A DNA stretch of 63,860 nt, the filler included, from Hausera hauseri (lineage: Eukaryota), in NCBI GenBank assembly GCA_046269625.1. It is 12 parts of 12 records of this genome, joined end to end, with 100 filler letters (N's around TTAATTAATTAA, not from the genome) between each part and the next. Parts side by side here need not be neighbours in the genome. Positions count along the whole stretch, not along the records: positions 45,682 to 54,992 come from JBJURY010406589.1; positions 55,093 to 59,634 come from JBJURY010534787.1; positions 59,735 to 63,860 come from JBJURY010745543.1; 9 more parts are not named here. One strand, given 5' to 3'. Below are positions 48,622 to 62,074 of the stretch, one piece after another. How positions within the stretch are numbered: position 1 is the first letter of the stretch; each line of letters starts with the position of its first letter. Position numbers and translations under genes: made by a program. The notes under the pieces are model-generated. The model worked only from the letters and a program-made list of their open reading frames with translations, was not told where the DNA came from and made no database searches.

Positions 48622-49373
48622 ACTTACGTTTTGTTTCAAATTACTCCTCATTTGTAAAGTAATATTATTGTTTGAATTTGTGTATGTATCTTAAGAATAC
48701 TGCCATGCAGAATTTTGTAGATATCACAAAGAAAAACCTTAAGCAAATTAGAAAAAACCATACATTAATTTATAATTTGGAATGTACATTATACTGTCAC
48801 CCTATGGGACACATTTTTGTTCATTACATGGAGCCCTCCATAGAGAAAACGTCTGTTATATGGCACGTTGTTAATATTGTAAAGGTTATTCAAATTATAG
48901 ACTAAATCGTATAGACTGAAGTAAAAGTCACCATTATTTAAATTTACAAAAATGATTAAAATGTTGTAATATCGTATTGTTAAAGATTTTTGTGCATTTA
49001 CTGGTAACAGCCAATTAAATTTGATAGATAATCCTGATTAGTTCTCTAGGTAATCATCGCTTCCGTTTAACTACTTTTCACAGTTTTAATACATTATAAA
49101 ACTGTGCTGATCCAGACTTTGTCACATGACCAGTTCTAACTCACAAGGAAACGAATTTTGGTGTAAATTTGGATTTTTAATAAATAGTCAGAGAGATGTG
49201 CAAAATATAATGCGGATTAATAATGTGAAAAAACGTTTGCCAAGAAAGCTAAAGTAATACATTTGGAGCCTTTAAATATAACAGCATTTCGTACTAGTTC
49301 AAATCTCCACTATGTTTAAGAATTTTGAACTTTGGCAAAATTTTCCTTATTTTTATCTAGGTATATGAAATTA

Positions 49374-51898
49374 AGAGGAAAATATACCGTCTTCCTCACG
49401 CACCTGGGAGGATAAATCGATAAATCGATATTGGACATGTGTTAGTCGACAGTGCACTCGCTGCACTATCGGTCGGCGCACGTGCATGGCGACGGTGCCT
49501 TTAGGCACCGTTGCCATGGCACATTTGCACTTTGCACATATTGATCGATCGAGGTAAAGTGCTCATCGATAATTCATATCAGTGCACATAGATTTATGCA
49601 CAATGCACTTAAGGAGCACATGTGCAAATGGGTGCAAATGGGTGCAAATTAATAATATCGGTTTTCCAATAATTCCAATATTGATGATTAGCACAAGGCA
49701 CCGCAGGCAATCGATTGGAAAAACGGTGCACTATACAAGCGTGCAATTAGAATTTAAATCCATCGAATGGTTTTCGAATAATATTGGTTTGAAAATTTAG
49801 TCAGGGAGAAAGTACGTAGGTTTTTAGACTCTAAGGAAGCAAAATTCGACAATACATTAAGCGGAGACAGATAGGAAACCATGTATGGAGATTTTAAATA
49901 TAACATCAGATATTCGAATTCGAAAAAAGTTTTGACCGAATATCGAACTAAGCACTATTCTAAACATCTGATTACATCATTCGATTTCCTTTGTTCTAAA
50001 ATCTATGAAAAATTTAAATTATTCAATGAAGATGTACTATATAGTTATAAAATCATTAAATCGAATTAAGCAAAATGCACATTTTATGCTCAATGAAGCA
50101 GAAATGGAAAAATGTTTAAGCGAGTTTGGATAAGAAACATTATATTCATAATCCGAATCCGATGTCACATATTCGAATACAAGTTTCCAAATCGAATATT
50201 TAGCTATTGGAACTCGAAAACTCGGTCAAGCATATATTGTTTGAAGAATCTGACCTATAATGAAATCGAAATTGGCACTGTGCAGCACTGTTTTCAATTG
50301 AAAAGATCAAATTTGGTGGCAAGTTCATGTAATTGATGCAATAAAACAAACTGTTCTAGAATATTCGAAAATCAAATTTTTAAAATCAGTAAAATCAAAA
50401 TTTGAATTTAAAAAATCTATAAACGCCGCAATGTGCGTTGACATAGCTGTATATTTTATTATTTCAGAAATCACTTCCAAGAATGGTGAGTATTTTAATT
50501 GTGCTTCTCAAATAATTGATCTATTTTTTAGACTTGCAAATTATACAAAGATGTTATATTTCAGTCACCTTTCAACAGGACTGAATACTATCTATGTCCT
50601 ACAAGCGAGATAGGGTGCCTAACTTGTTATGAGGACTTCTACAATGTCCATAAACAACATATGACTTCCTTTACCAAGTCGAAGAAACAAATATTCAATA
50701 CGAATATGCCTATGATATCTTACATTTCTCAGAAAATTTAAAATAGCAGTTCATACATGTATTGCACATCTGCAATACACAATCTGCAGAACTGTCATTA
50801 TACAATGCAGCGTTACTGTGGACACACATTTAACAGGATCGAATATTATATTTGTCCAGGATGTGAAACTGTATGTGATGCAGAATACATGCAGTTTCAT
50901 GAAGATCACGGCTCATTTAAGAGAATTCAAATGAAAGTCCAAGAAGACCATCTTCAATAAGCACCATAATCTTGTTGCTGCAGCAGCACAACAGGTTCCA
51001 AATACAGTACAGCCAATTCCAGGTGCAGTGCAACTAGTTCCACACACATGATTAAAACGTACAGCGGCATACTGGTATTAGACTGCAGATCTTGAAGGAT
51101 TATGATATGATCCTCATGGTAAAGAGAGGTATTAGAGATGAAGTATGTCAGACTATGCACCGGTATAGTGAAGCCAGTAACAAGTACACGGCCGAATAAG
51201 ATCCATCCAAGGCATCCTCATATATTACCTACTTGGATGCCAACATAAAGCCTTAAGATGACTTTAAATGGGTAGATCATTTAGAAGACTTAGCAATACA
51301 ATATGTAGATCCCAATGGAGATACAATCTACATAATGGAGTGGATGTTTAATATCCATATAATACGCATACAAAGCATGGACAGCTGCCTTTCCTCTCTG
51401 ATAGCAAGCAGCCACCTAATGATAAACATAGAAAGCTACTCTGCCATATGGAGAAAAGGGAAAATATGTAACCCGCTATATCAATCTCCGGTAAGCGATA
51501 AAGAACGGACTCTGCATCACAAAAATCGATTGGGCCCTGCAGTTTAGCCAGTGCATGTGGTTGAAACCTTACATGAACCTCAATACACAGCTGCGGGCCA
51601 GTGCCAAGAACGATTTCGAGAAAGATCAGCTTAAGTTATACAACAGCAGCGTTTTTGGCAAGAGTGGGAAAATATCCGGAATAGGATCAACATCGAGTTT
51701 GTATGTGAGTAATGCGAGCCAAAAAACTCATAACCAAGACGAACTTCCGCCGCAGTATAGAGACCTGGGTCCGGATCAATATGCTGAAGACATCTTTCAA
51801 ATTCAATAAGCCATAATATGTGTATGTCGATACTAGACTTGTCAAAGACCATGAAGTACCACTTTCACAACCACATTCAAGACTCAACAGCTTATGTA
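49374..51898 (+). mobile_element. pPolB element copy 2, internally deleted
   Basis: Homologous terminus 49374-50482, ATG-intron, Cys/His domain (50757-50960), then a jump to polymerase motifs (YLDAN, KLYNSSVFGK, ILDLSKT). Confidence 0.82.
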
Positions 51899-54800
51899 AG
51901 TAGGAAGAAAATGGCGGTTCGGTCCCACCCCCGCGGAGGGTGTGCCAAAACGATATTTTACATGTGCCAATCGATAGTGCACATAGAGCACTATCGATCC
52001 ATAGAGTGCTAGACACCGTTGCTAGGGACACTTTTGCACTTTTGACAAATTGATCGCTGCACAGTGCAGTATTGATCAAATTGATCGGGACAAAGTGCAA
52101 ATCGATAGTTCACATCAGTGCGCATCGATTTGTGTACCTTACAGGTGTGCAGCACATGTGCAAGTGCGCAAAAATCAATATTATTGGATTTCCGATAAAT
52201 GCAATATTGATGATTAGCACTCCGCACCGGGTGAAATCGGTAGTCCGTGTGATGCTGTATGTGAATGTGCAGTTAGAATTTAAATCGATTGATTGGTGTT
52301 CGAATAATTCGCAAGTGGAACAGAACAGCCACAGGCCTTTTCGCTATAAATTTTAAATCAATAATATCAATATGGTACATATACTGGCAGGTGCAGTACT
52401 TGATGTACTATCGTTCAGTGCAGTACTCGAGTGTGGTGTTCTCTTGGATACGGTTGCCAGGGCACTTTTTTACTTTTTACACTTTTGCAGTTGTGCAGCG
52501 TAGGAGTGATAGAATTGATCTGAGTCAAGTGCAGGTGGATAGAACACATCGAGATTCCCCTTGATAAATGGCCTGCAGTGCAAAAACATGTGTGCAGATG
52601 TGCAAAAATCAATAATATCGAATTTTCGATATTTCCAATATAGATTATAAGGACATGTAACCGGGTGCATTCGAATGGAAACATGGTGTAGTATATGAAT
52701 GTGCAGTTAGAATTCAAGCTTATCGATTGGTTATCGATTTAGATTAATCTAAAGGGTAAAATGGCCTACTTTCAATAAATTTTTTAAGCCGTTGGGAAGC
52801 AAAAATCGATATGACATTGAGAGGGACAGATAGGAAATCGACTATTGCGAGATCGAATTTCGAGTCTTTAATTCGAAATTCGAATAATTTTTGGCTCGAA
52901 TATCGAATATAGAAATATTCGAAAAATCTTACAGCGGGAATAGATTTCTCGTATTCAAATACCCTTATGTACATATAAAATATTTCATGAAAATGTACTA
53001 TATAGGCGTAAAATCAATTTTTCGAATTAAGCAAAAAGTGCATTTAAAGCGCAGTGAAGCGGAAATCGATAAATCTAATAGCGGGCTGGACAGAAATTTA
53101 TATATGCCGATTCGGAATATGGCATCGGGTATTGGAATTCGAGCTTACAAGTCGAATACTTGGCTATTAGAACTCGAAAGCTCGGTCAAGCAAGCACTAC
53201 TCGAAGAATCAGATGACGGCATTCGATTCGTCATTGTCGAAAACCTTTATGGCAATCAAAATTAGTGCGATGCATGACATTTCAGTGTATAAAAACAAGG
53301 TTTCTTAAATATGCTAAAAGTTCTTGTTAAATGCTAAGTAATTCTTATATTGATTAAACAATTGTGTTGATTTTGAAGGTGAAGCACATTGAAATCAATA
53401 AATCTTTAAGCGCAAATGGATAGAAAAGCATATGTGAAGAAGCCGACTCTGGTGTCAGATGATCGAATACATTATTAAAACTCGAAGAAATATCGAATCG
53501 AACTCGAATATTCGGTTAAGCAAGCATTATTCGAAGAATCTGATGGCTTTAATCGATTCCGCATATATAAAAACCGAATATAGAGCCGCTACATATTTAA
53601 AATCATTTGATGCATTAAAACAATGACAAGCAATATAATAATTACGTGACAAGTTCATGCATTTGATGCATTAAAACAAAACGCGTGATGTTGACAACAC
53701 AACATATTGCCAACAATATGCAGTGCCAAAATTTACCCCCACCATTAAAATTATTTCATTAAATCTTTTTGTTTTACTGCATCAAATATCAAAATTAGGC
53801 AGTGTAAGTTGACATAGCTATATTTTTTATTATTTCCAAATTCCCTTCTGAGAAATGGTAAGTTCTCTTATTTGTGTTCATCAAATAATTGCTTTGTTTA
53901 GATGTGCAAACTACAGAGAGTGCTTGGCTCCAATTCATGAGCCTGATGTTGCCATAGTATTATGATGAAATACTATGGGCATATGTTCAACAGGATACGG
54001 TATTATATATGCCCTACATGTGAGGTAGTGTGCAGGACAGTGTACGAGGAATTTTACAACGTACATAAATGACAACTGATATCCTTCGTCAAATCGAAAA
54101 AATAAATATTCTATGACAATATACCCACAACGTCTATTGTGTCAAAACAAAAGGTGCAGTTCATATATGTACTGCACATGTACAATACATAACCCCGAGA
54201 ATTGCAACAATACCATGAGGATCTATTATGGCCACAAATTCAATCAAATCCTTTATATTTTTCCTGGATGTGAGACTGTATGTGATGGCGAATGCATACA
54301 GTTCTATGAAGATCATAAAGATCATCTGACTAACTTCGCATCAAAATCCAAAATCATATTTAATGAGCATAGGCCAGTTGCACACTACGCAGTGCAGTCC
54401 AAAGTACAGTCCGCAGTGCAGTCCACAGTACAGTCCGCAGTACAGCCCGCATGAATAAAACGCCAATAAGGTCCATCAGATGCCTCAGGCTCAACAGGCG
54501 TAGCGGCTTCGCCAAAAAGCCAATAACAGCGACGAGTTGATGCTGCTGCATTAAAGAAAAAACTCTGCAAATATGTCATTGATGCAAATGGGCAAAGGAG
54601 CATGAAGGAGTTCCTGGAATATGCAAAGGAAGAAACTTAGGGGATCCTCCAGGACAATATGACTGAGCTCAAGGCCCTTAAGGTTAATATGAAACTTGAG
54701 CCCACATCCGTCAATAGGGCCTTCAAGACCAAAAATAGTCCCATATTGGAAAGCATAAATATAGCTGATTGACTGCATGAAGAGCACATGAAGCTGATCC

Positions 54801-54992
54801 GTGAAGCCGATGAGAGCCAGGATAAGAGCGGATGGGCTCTGGCAACCATCAAGAGAGTGCTTATATATGTACACAGATACTCCCACATGCGAGGCAGTTC
54901 ATATATACAGCTTCCGGAATGGATTCGGCAGAAAAATGCTTGTATCAATGTCCATAATAATGACAACAAGTGCTTCATGTATGCCATTTTAT
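51899..54992 (+). mobile_element. pPolB element copy 3 (terminus plus 5' part of the polB gene)
   Basis: Begins AGTAGG; terminus 51899-53854; Cys/His repeats; SGWALATI...RGSSYIQLPEWIRQKNACINVHNNDNKCFMYAIL; cut by the contig end. Confidence 0.87.
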
Positions 54993-55092
54993 NNNNNNNN
55001 NNNNNNNNNNNNNNNNNNNNNNNNNNNNNNNNNNNNTTAATTAATTAANNNNNNNNNNNNNNNNNNNNNNNNNNNNNNNNNNNNNNNNNNNN
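54993..55092. other. Artificial contig linker
   Basis: N44-TTAATTAATTAA-N44. Confidence 0.99.
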
Positions 55093-55168
55093 TACATACA
55101 TACATACATACATACATACATACATACATACATACATACATACATACATACATACATACATACATACA
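55093..55168. repeat. (TACA)19 microsatellite
   Basis: Directly visible at the contig start. Confidence 0.97.
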
Positions 55169-55199
55169 TTCAAAAGTACGTGCATATATCCGACTAACA

Positions 55200-56350
55200 A
55201 AGAATATTACTTGAGAGAAAAGATATTAGAAAAAACACAAAGGAAGAAAAAGTGAAATGTATTAGCAAATCTACGCCGGAAAAGTATAGCAAACAATGGC
55301 TTGAAAAGAACAAAGCTGTAAAATTCAAAGTCACCACGACTCTGGGAACCACTCACAAAAGCATACGGACAAAAAGATTAAAAAAGTAAAGAAACTATGG
55401 AAGACACACAAGTGTATCATCGCACAGTAGCAGAAGAAGTTGAGACAGCAGTGCAGTATCACAATATTAAAATAACACATAAAATCACAAAGAAGATGGG
55501 TGGAATATTTTTATTGGAAATGATCGTACTACTTAATTTGTATAATGGACATACGGAGAGAAAGAAAAACTAATACAATGGACAAATAATTAAGCACTTG
55601 ACGGAATAGACCATAGCCGCAAGTATATGTTACAGAAGATCATAGAAACAATATATAACTTCAAATAAATCAAGCTCAACAATGCTGAAAGCAATAAGAA
55701 AACTTGAATTCGTAAAAACCAGCAAAGCAACTCGTAAAAGATTAGATAAATCCTGAGATGTAGAAGAAGGATATAAAGAGATTCTTAAATACTTCTGTAA
55801 AATATTCAGACACACATTAAAAGAATCAAGAGATTAACGAAAATAATATATGCTACAAAATGTTAGACTACATGTATGAAATACGAAATTACCGATAAAA
55901 ACTCAAAAATAAAGCAACTATTTAATCCATAGAATATACCAGTGGAGGTAAAAAGAATATGCATTTACCTAATACAGCATAGTGATAACAATAAAGATGT
56001 TAATACAAGAATAACAAAGGAAACAAAAGCGTCTGCGGCACCTTAAAATAAATCTGCAAATCCAACAAGCTGAGCATGCAATCTAATATTATGATATCTA
56101 AGAGCAACGTTTTTACTATTGTGATATATGGACGCAAATGTTGGAGGATGACAAAGACAACAAAATTTACCGAGTTCCAGAAAAAGTGTTTGATAAGAAT
56201 CAATACACACGAAACTCTGCCACCAATAACATTACAGTTGACTTCGCAAAGCCAGATACTATGATTAGTAAGGACTGGTTTCAGATGTTCCACGACTACC
56301 ATGGCTACAAGGAAGCACATAGAAAGACAGAGAAAGATAGAGATATAGAG
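55200..56350 (+). mobile_element. RTE-clade LINE remnant, highly decayed
   Basis: ICKSNKLS..SN...SNVFTIVIYG.KCWRMTK...FQKKCLIRI matches the RTE RT C-terminal pattern; boundaries approximate. Confidence 0.6.
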
Positions 56351-57817
56351 ACAGCAAAATATAAATGTTACAGTCAACAATAACTACTTACCTTGTATCC
56401 GGTGGGGATTTCTGACTAGAGAATACACGTTGCTGGACTCGGCTGAGACAGTGATGAATAACGTTGGAGAAGGGCCATTTTATTATGTAAAGGTGATGCA
56501 GTGAAATGTAATAGAGGCGTATGCTTTATCAGGTCTAGGGAACAGGTTCACACATTTCATGGGTCCTCTATCAATCAATGATTAAAGCGTGGTTTTGAGA
56601 GTGATATATGACCTGTTAATTAAAGAACAAGGAATGCAATAATAGTTATCTCAGTCCAAATAAAAAATAATGTCATAGTGAAAGGTGGCGCAACGTCTGT
56701 TGCCAGCCCCCGGGGCAAGGCAAGTACTGCTTGAAATAACTAATGGCGCTTTAGAACTCTTGAAGCCTTGATTCCAAATATACGTATTTTAGGCAAAGGT
56801 AATCGAAAATACATTTAATGATGCTTTACTCAAATTAATATTAAATCGCCAGATTTTACATTTGAGCTATTGGCTCAATAACTAATGAAATATGCATTCA
56901 ATTTTTCTGAATTGCTAGGTTACTCAGTCATTGCTGGCTGACTTGTAGATCCATAATACGTTTTTATTAAACTCAGTTTTGATAAACGTCTTATACAAAC
57001 GACATTTGATGCAGGCAGTTATATTTTTAAAACATTCTTAATGTGACAATAAATTTAGGCAAATTTCAATTGCACACTCACAGAAATAAATGTAATCATA
57101 TCGAGAACAAGATACCGGGGTATCGAAAGTGATAACAGCTGTAGCTTTTAAATCTGTCTACCAAGAACATGCATCGTTCATTTGTTATTTTTATATAATC
57201 ATTTTGTGCAATATGCATCAATGTCTGGATGTGCAGGAAAGTACATCCCTGATCATGAGTATTCATTTTTATTGACCGAATTTAATTTTGACTTCAGCTG
57301 GTCAGTATAATTTCAGAGCTTACTCAGTGTCTTGTGATACTAGATGAGAGGTAGAAAAAAGTTAGAAATCATTAAGGAAGCTACAGACAGACAAACATGC
57401 AGCAGAAAACAGAAGGTGACGTTACATATTGTTAGGTTTTTTCATGGGCTGTTAGAGAACAGACACATACAAGTAAATATAAAACGGCAACAATGACAAA
57501 CACATACTCAAGGTAATAACACGGAAACACGAGCAAAGTAGAAGAAACGTAAATAAACCTATTTCAATATTAAAATATACGATGTTTCTTGACAATGTTT
57601 TAATTTATGCACACATTAAACAATTATAATTACTTTTTTGTTGCAGGTTGATTTGAGCATCATTTTGTTCGGCTGATACAAGGATGCGATAATGATTTTT
57701 CGTGTTGCATGGCACCTAAGTTCAAAGTTTCAATTCTTTCTTCGGCGCATTCATCAAATTCGCATATAGGAATTGGGCGCACAGCCTCGTCTGACATTCT
57801 GTCCTTCTTTTCTTACA

Positions 57818-58450
57818 TCATTCATACATTTTGCATTCGTTCATACATATAAAATAAATATTGCTAGTTGTTAAACGTGCGAGTGCCATGTCAAATGTCG
57901 GTCTGTCGTTGGTCTTAAAATTGTGTTCTGTTACATGTTCTATACCGGCCCTCTCAGTGCGTAGGTGGTGCAGTCGCTTTGGCATATTCTTGAGTTCTTG
58001 ATTTAGTGGAATAATCATTGGTATTATTATCGAATCTTTTACTGTCATGCGATTTACTTTTACTCCACTTGATTTTTTTAAATCTACATTCGTCTGAAGC
58101 TTATTTTCTATTGATTCACTTTCTATTTTACTCGCATACATTGTGCAGGCTGTAGCAAAGACGTCATATCTTGTGTTGGTACAACAAAGTGGAAAGTTAC
58201 TGATATAAAATGAAAAAAGCAAGGACCCGAGGATACAACCTAGAGACACACCGGATTTTATGGTGGTGCTCTCAGATATCCAAAAATTATACCAACGATT
58301 TGCACGTGTTTGTCTGAAAGAAATGATTAAAAATATGTTACCAATATGGCCCGGATTAAAACTTTCAAATGTTTGCAAAAGGACGCCATCGTCAGCCATA
58401 TCGAAGGCCTTCATCAAGTCAATAAGCACAATACCACACATCTTAGCGTG
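57818..58450 (-). mobile_element. CR1/L2-like LINE reverse transcriptase fragment
   Basis: IDLMKAFD, SGVSLGCILGSLLFSFYISN (degenerate GVPQGS motif), degenerate FADD. Confidence 0.75.
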
Positions 58451-58454
58451 GTCT

Positions 58455-59634
58455 TCTTTTTCTTCTTCTCATTCGCTGTTGTTTAATGTTGTCTACACAA
58501 GTAACCCAGTTTCCTGGATGAATGTTGCAGTCTTGGTGAGTTCATCTGTGCTTCCATACAGCTTAGAGTGGACTGGTGTTTCTGTTGGCCAGTGTACAGT
58601 TCTCAGTTGAGTGAACATATGACAGTCCTGTAGAACATGTTCAACTGTCTGTGCTGCCTGTTTACATATACACAGGGGCGAGGGTACTAATTTCAGCCTA
58701 TGCAGATGATTGTTCATTCAATTGTGTCCTGTTCTAAATCGGAGCAGGATCATCTGTCCTTCACGATCTAGGTAGTGGTAGTTGTCATTATATTGATGTA
58801 TCCTCCTGACAGTCTTGATAAGAGTCTTCTTTTCATTGAAGGTGATAATTTGTCCTTCCTGCTCTTTCTTTGCTCCTTCTTTAGCTAACATATCATCTTT
58901 TTCATTGCCTGGTATACCACAATGAGCTGGTATCCACTGCAGCACTACTCTTTTGTTGCTGTTCACTTCATGGAGGTTATTATACTGAGTCCAGGAAGCT
59001 GATCCCATGGACTTGGGAAGAGTGTTGGGGATATTTCTGTTGTGATGTCTGGTAAGTCTTCCTTATACAGCCTACTCTGTCTTTTGGAACAATGTACGAA
59101 GCTGCTTCTCTTCAATCTTCCACTAGCTAAATCTTCGAATCTTGTTTTCATTGGATGTGAGTGCATGCTCTTGTACTTTTCTGCATGGATCAAAGTCTTA
59201 GTGTCTCGTCTGTAGGATAGGGGTGGAACACATGTGATTTTTTCCATTTCACGTATTGGAGTGGACTTCATGGCACCAGTGATCAGCCTCAGGGCTTGGT
59301 TTTGTACTTTGTCCAAGGCTTGTAGATGCGATTTGGCTGCAGTCGACCATGCTGTTGATCCATATTCTATCACTGGCCTTATAGCACCTGTTCAAAGTTT
59401 TTTAAGTATCTTTTCATTGGCTCCCCAATTTGATCCAGCTATTTTTCTCATAATGGCAAGTTTTCTCCTTGCTTTTGCCTCTATTTTCTCAGTCTGGGGT
59501 CTCCATGTCATCCTCCTATCAAACTTGATGCCTAAATAAACTGGTTCCTCATCTACCGGGACATTTGTATTTCCAAGTTTTATTTCCCTTGCCTTGTCTT
59601 TGTTTGAGAGCGTGAAGAGTGTTGATGAGGATTT
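58455..59634 (-). mobile_element. I-group (Ingi-like) non-LTR retrotransposon 3' part with RNase H and CCHC domain
   Basis: YLGIKFD..MTW, EYGSTAW, QNQALRLITGA, LQWIPAHCGIPGNE.AD-like motif, RFRTGH, C.C..TVEHVLQDC; GAA-rich 3' tail inserted next to the CR1/L2 fragment. Confidence 0.85.
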
Positions 59635-59734
59635 NNNNNNNNNNNNNNNNNNNNNNNNNNNNNNNNNNNNNNNNNNNNTTAATTAATTAANNNNNNNNNN
59701 NNNNNNNNNNNNNNNNNNNNNNNNNNNNNNNNNN
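59635..59734. other. Artificial contig linker
   Basis: N44-TTAATTAATTAA-N44. Confidence 0.99.
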
Positions 59735-61394
59735 AAGGGAAGGAGCGAAAGACAGCGTCTGATTATATAAGGAAGTCGATATGTGAAGTATCGTTGCATA
59801 ACAGTGCAGCTTTCAACAGAAAGACTGCAGAGGCGGTGTTGAAACAGCCAGAAGATTGAGCGATATTGCCTGCGCCAGAATGTGCCGTAAAATCTGGCGG
59901 CATTATTAGTTTTTTTAAGATTTTAAAGAAAAGGAAGAAGAGCGAGGAGATTTATCGTTGTAATGTTTACAGCCAGGCACGCATGATCTAGCCTGTGACT
60001 GGAACTTATTGTGGTAGACACAAATATGGTTGTCCACAGCGTACCGTTCTCTGTAGAACCAACAATCCAAAAAGCATTTCCTTGATTCCCTTCGAAATCG
60101 CGTGTGATAGAAGCAAGCCATACGTCCGCCAAATAAAATGGGTCGATTAGAGTGTCTTGACATGCTTCGCTTTCTTGAGGGGTCTGGTTTCACTTCGTCG
60201 AGGCCCATTACGATTATTTAGTTGGGTAGTAATGGCCGAAATCGACTGCTGTAACTTATCAAACTGTTGCTGCATCTTGTGAAATTGTTGAGTGAAAAAT
60301 GTTGTGTCTGTATTTGGAGCACATGTGGTTGCAGCTGCAATTGGGAGAGAACTGTTGGTGTGGAGAATCTCAAAGGATTTGAAAGCCATTATTGCCAGTT
60401 TTTTGATAGCAGTGGATTTTTCGACAACGGTTATTAAGGCTGTTATTGATGTGGGCAAAGACGATAAGAAATAACGGCGAATTAGATCCGCATTATTCGT
60501 ATGTGTCACTCCTAGAGTGCTAAGCTGCAGAATGGCCGTTTGGAGAAAATCGGGTGGCTTTTGTTTTCCTACCGCGTGGTCGTTAAAATACTTTTGTATT
60601 ATAGTGTCAATCGAAGGATCCGTGACATGCAGTACAGCTTCACAGTGTCTCGTAAGGTGTAAAGGATTGGAGCAGCTGCTTGACGTTGGCAGGCAGAGGA
60701 ATTAAAAAGCTATTGGCTCGCGCAAAAGAATCAGTGATGTTGTTCGATTTTAGCCATTGTTGGTGGAATTGGAGCCATGGTTTGCTGGAGTTGTTTTTGT
60801 CGAGGAAAAATTCAACACAAGGTAAATTTAACGAACCTCGTGACTGTTGTGAGTGTGGCAAACGATAGATGTTTCCTGTATTCGTGGATTTATCATCCGA
60901 GAAGGATGAATTGGGATCCGATCCACCCCGGAAGCGAAAATGGAGCATGAGACAGGTGACTGGAAGTTCGTGACATACCAAAGACAAGAGGGAGTCGACA
61001 GGATGTACAGCGATACCTCGATGTGTGAAATAGAAGTTAGACATGTTCAGTGAGGAGGATAAAGAGGTGTATAGCAGTTGCGCTGTGGCATTGAGTGAAA
61101 CTTTAATGGTTGTAATGTGTGGATTATTGCTGAATACAAGGAAGGATTTGCAGCAAAGTAATCCCAGGAGAATGGTGAAATGCACTGGCAGCTTGAGCGG
61201 TTTCCTTCTGTGATAACAAGATGTGTGGGCGTGCAGCCGGGGTAGCGGTGGCAAGTGATGATTGGGATAAAGGAATATCCGAAGATATTGAACTTAAAAC
61301 CCCTTTAAAATGAAAAATTGTGAGCTATAAAGGATTTGTAAATGCGCAAGATGGCCTCATCGGTGGGCGCAAATTAATAAAAAGACCTTCACCA
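59735..61394 (-). mobile_element. CsRN1-like Gypsy 5' part (PBS-like site, 5' UTR, gag, frameshift site, protease start)
   Basis: Colinear with 5010-6688; CFYHTRFRRESRKCFLDC and CVYHNKFQSQARSCVPGC; A AAA AAC at 59915-59909; TGGTGA at 61394. Confidence 0.9.
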
Positions 61395-61439
61395 ACCTGT
61401 GTTTGACTGTGGTTTTGCTGAACACCGTGACAGTATCCT

Positions 61440-62045
61440 CATCATGACCAAGCATTGACGATGTGATTTTGATATAGAATGATTGCGCTGAACAATTTTC
61501 AACGGGACCGAATGCTGTTAAATTGAAATGGACACCGTGTGGACTGATCTGTCTTTGTGGTAAGAGGATATTAGTATCTGCAATTTTAGGAGCCGTTCCT
61601 TGAATTCAAAAACTCTTTGGATCACTATGATCACTTTTGCCTGTCACATTCTGGGACCTGATTTGAGAAGTAAAATATGACGAACAAGTAACATTGTTGA
61701 TATAAAACGTTCGAGCACTGTGTTCGACTAGTACAGTTTTAAATGTCTTTGTATACCGATTAGTCCAGTTCACAATGAACCCAGTTATTGGTGCCGTACT
61801 GTCAGTTATGCCATGAGATTTCCATCTGATACAAACACTATTTTCCATCGTTCGAATATTACTTATGCTTAGTGCTCGTGGCAAACCATTTGTTGATTCT
61901 TGGATAATAAGATTGTATCTGATGAAATCGTAAATTGTACTGCACACATATTAGAACGTGGGGAATTGTTCGACGGACTTTATTAATAGCGAATTGTTTC
62001 TAAGAACATCTAAATTTGAGTGGTTACTTAACTGACTTCCAATTT
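61440..62045 (-). pseudogene. Dscam-like Ig-FN3-FN3 fragment with in-frame stops
   Basis: NNSLLIKSV..YVC (Ig end); W..(G)..APITGFIVNW...INNVTCSSY...N.TGKS..S (FN3); GTAP...VHFNLTAFG..NCS..SF resembles the last Dscam FN3 domain. Confidence 0.55.
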
Positions 62046-62074
62046 CGCAAATAATCATAGTGGCTTTTTATAAA

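Noticed and set aside
40458-53854. Palindromic repeats as a CRISPR array
   Set aside because: Units are hundreds of nt long, homologous along their whole length, have no unique spacers or cas genes, and sit in a eukaryotic context.
7847-59734. Recurrent TTAATTAATTAA palindrome flanked by Ns (11 times) and ORFs containing X runs
   Set aside because: Identical 100-nt all-frame-stop linkers added during contig concatenation; not biological, and no synteny can be inferred across them.
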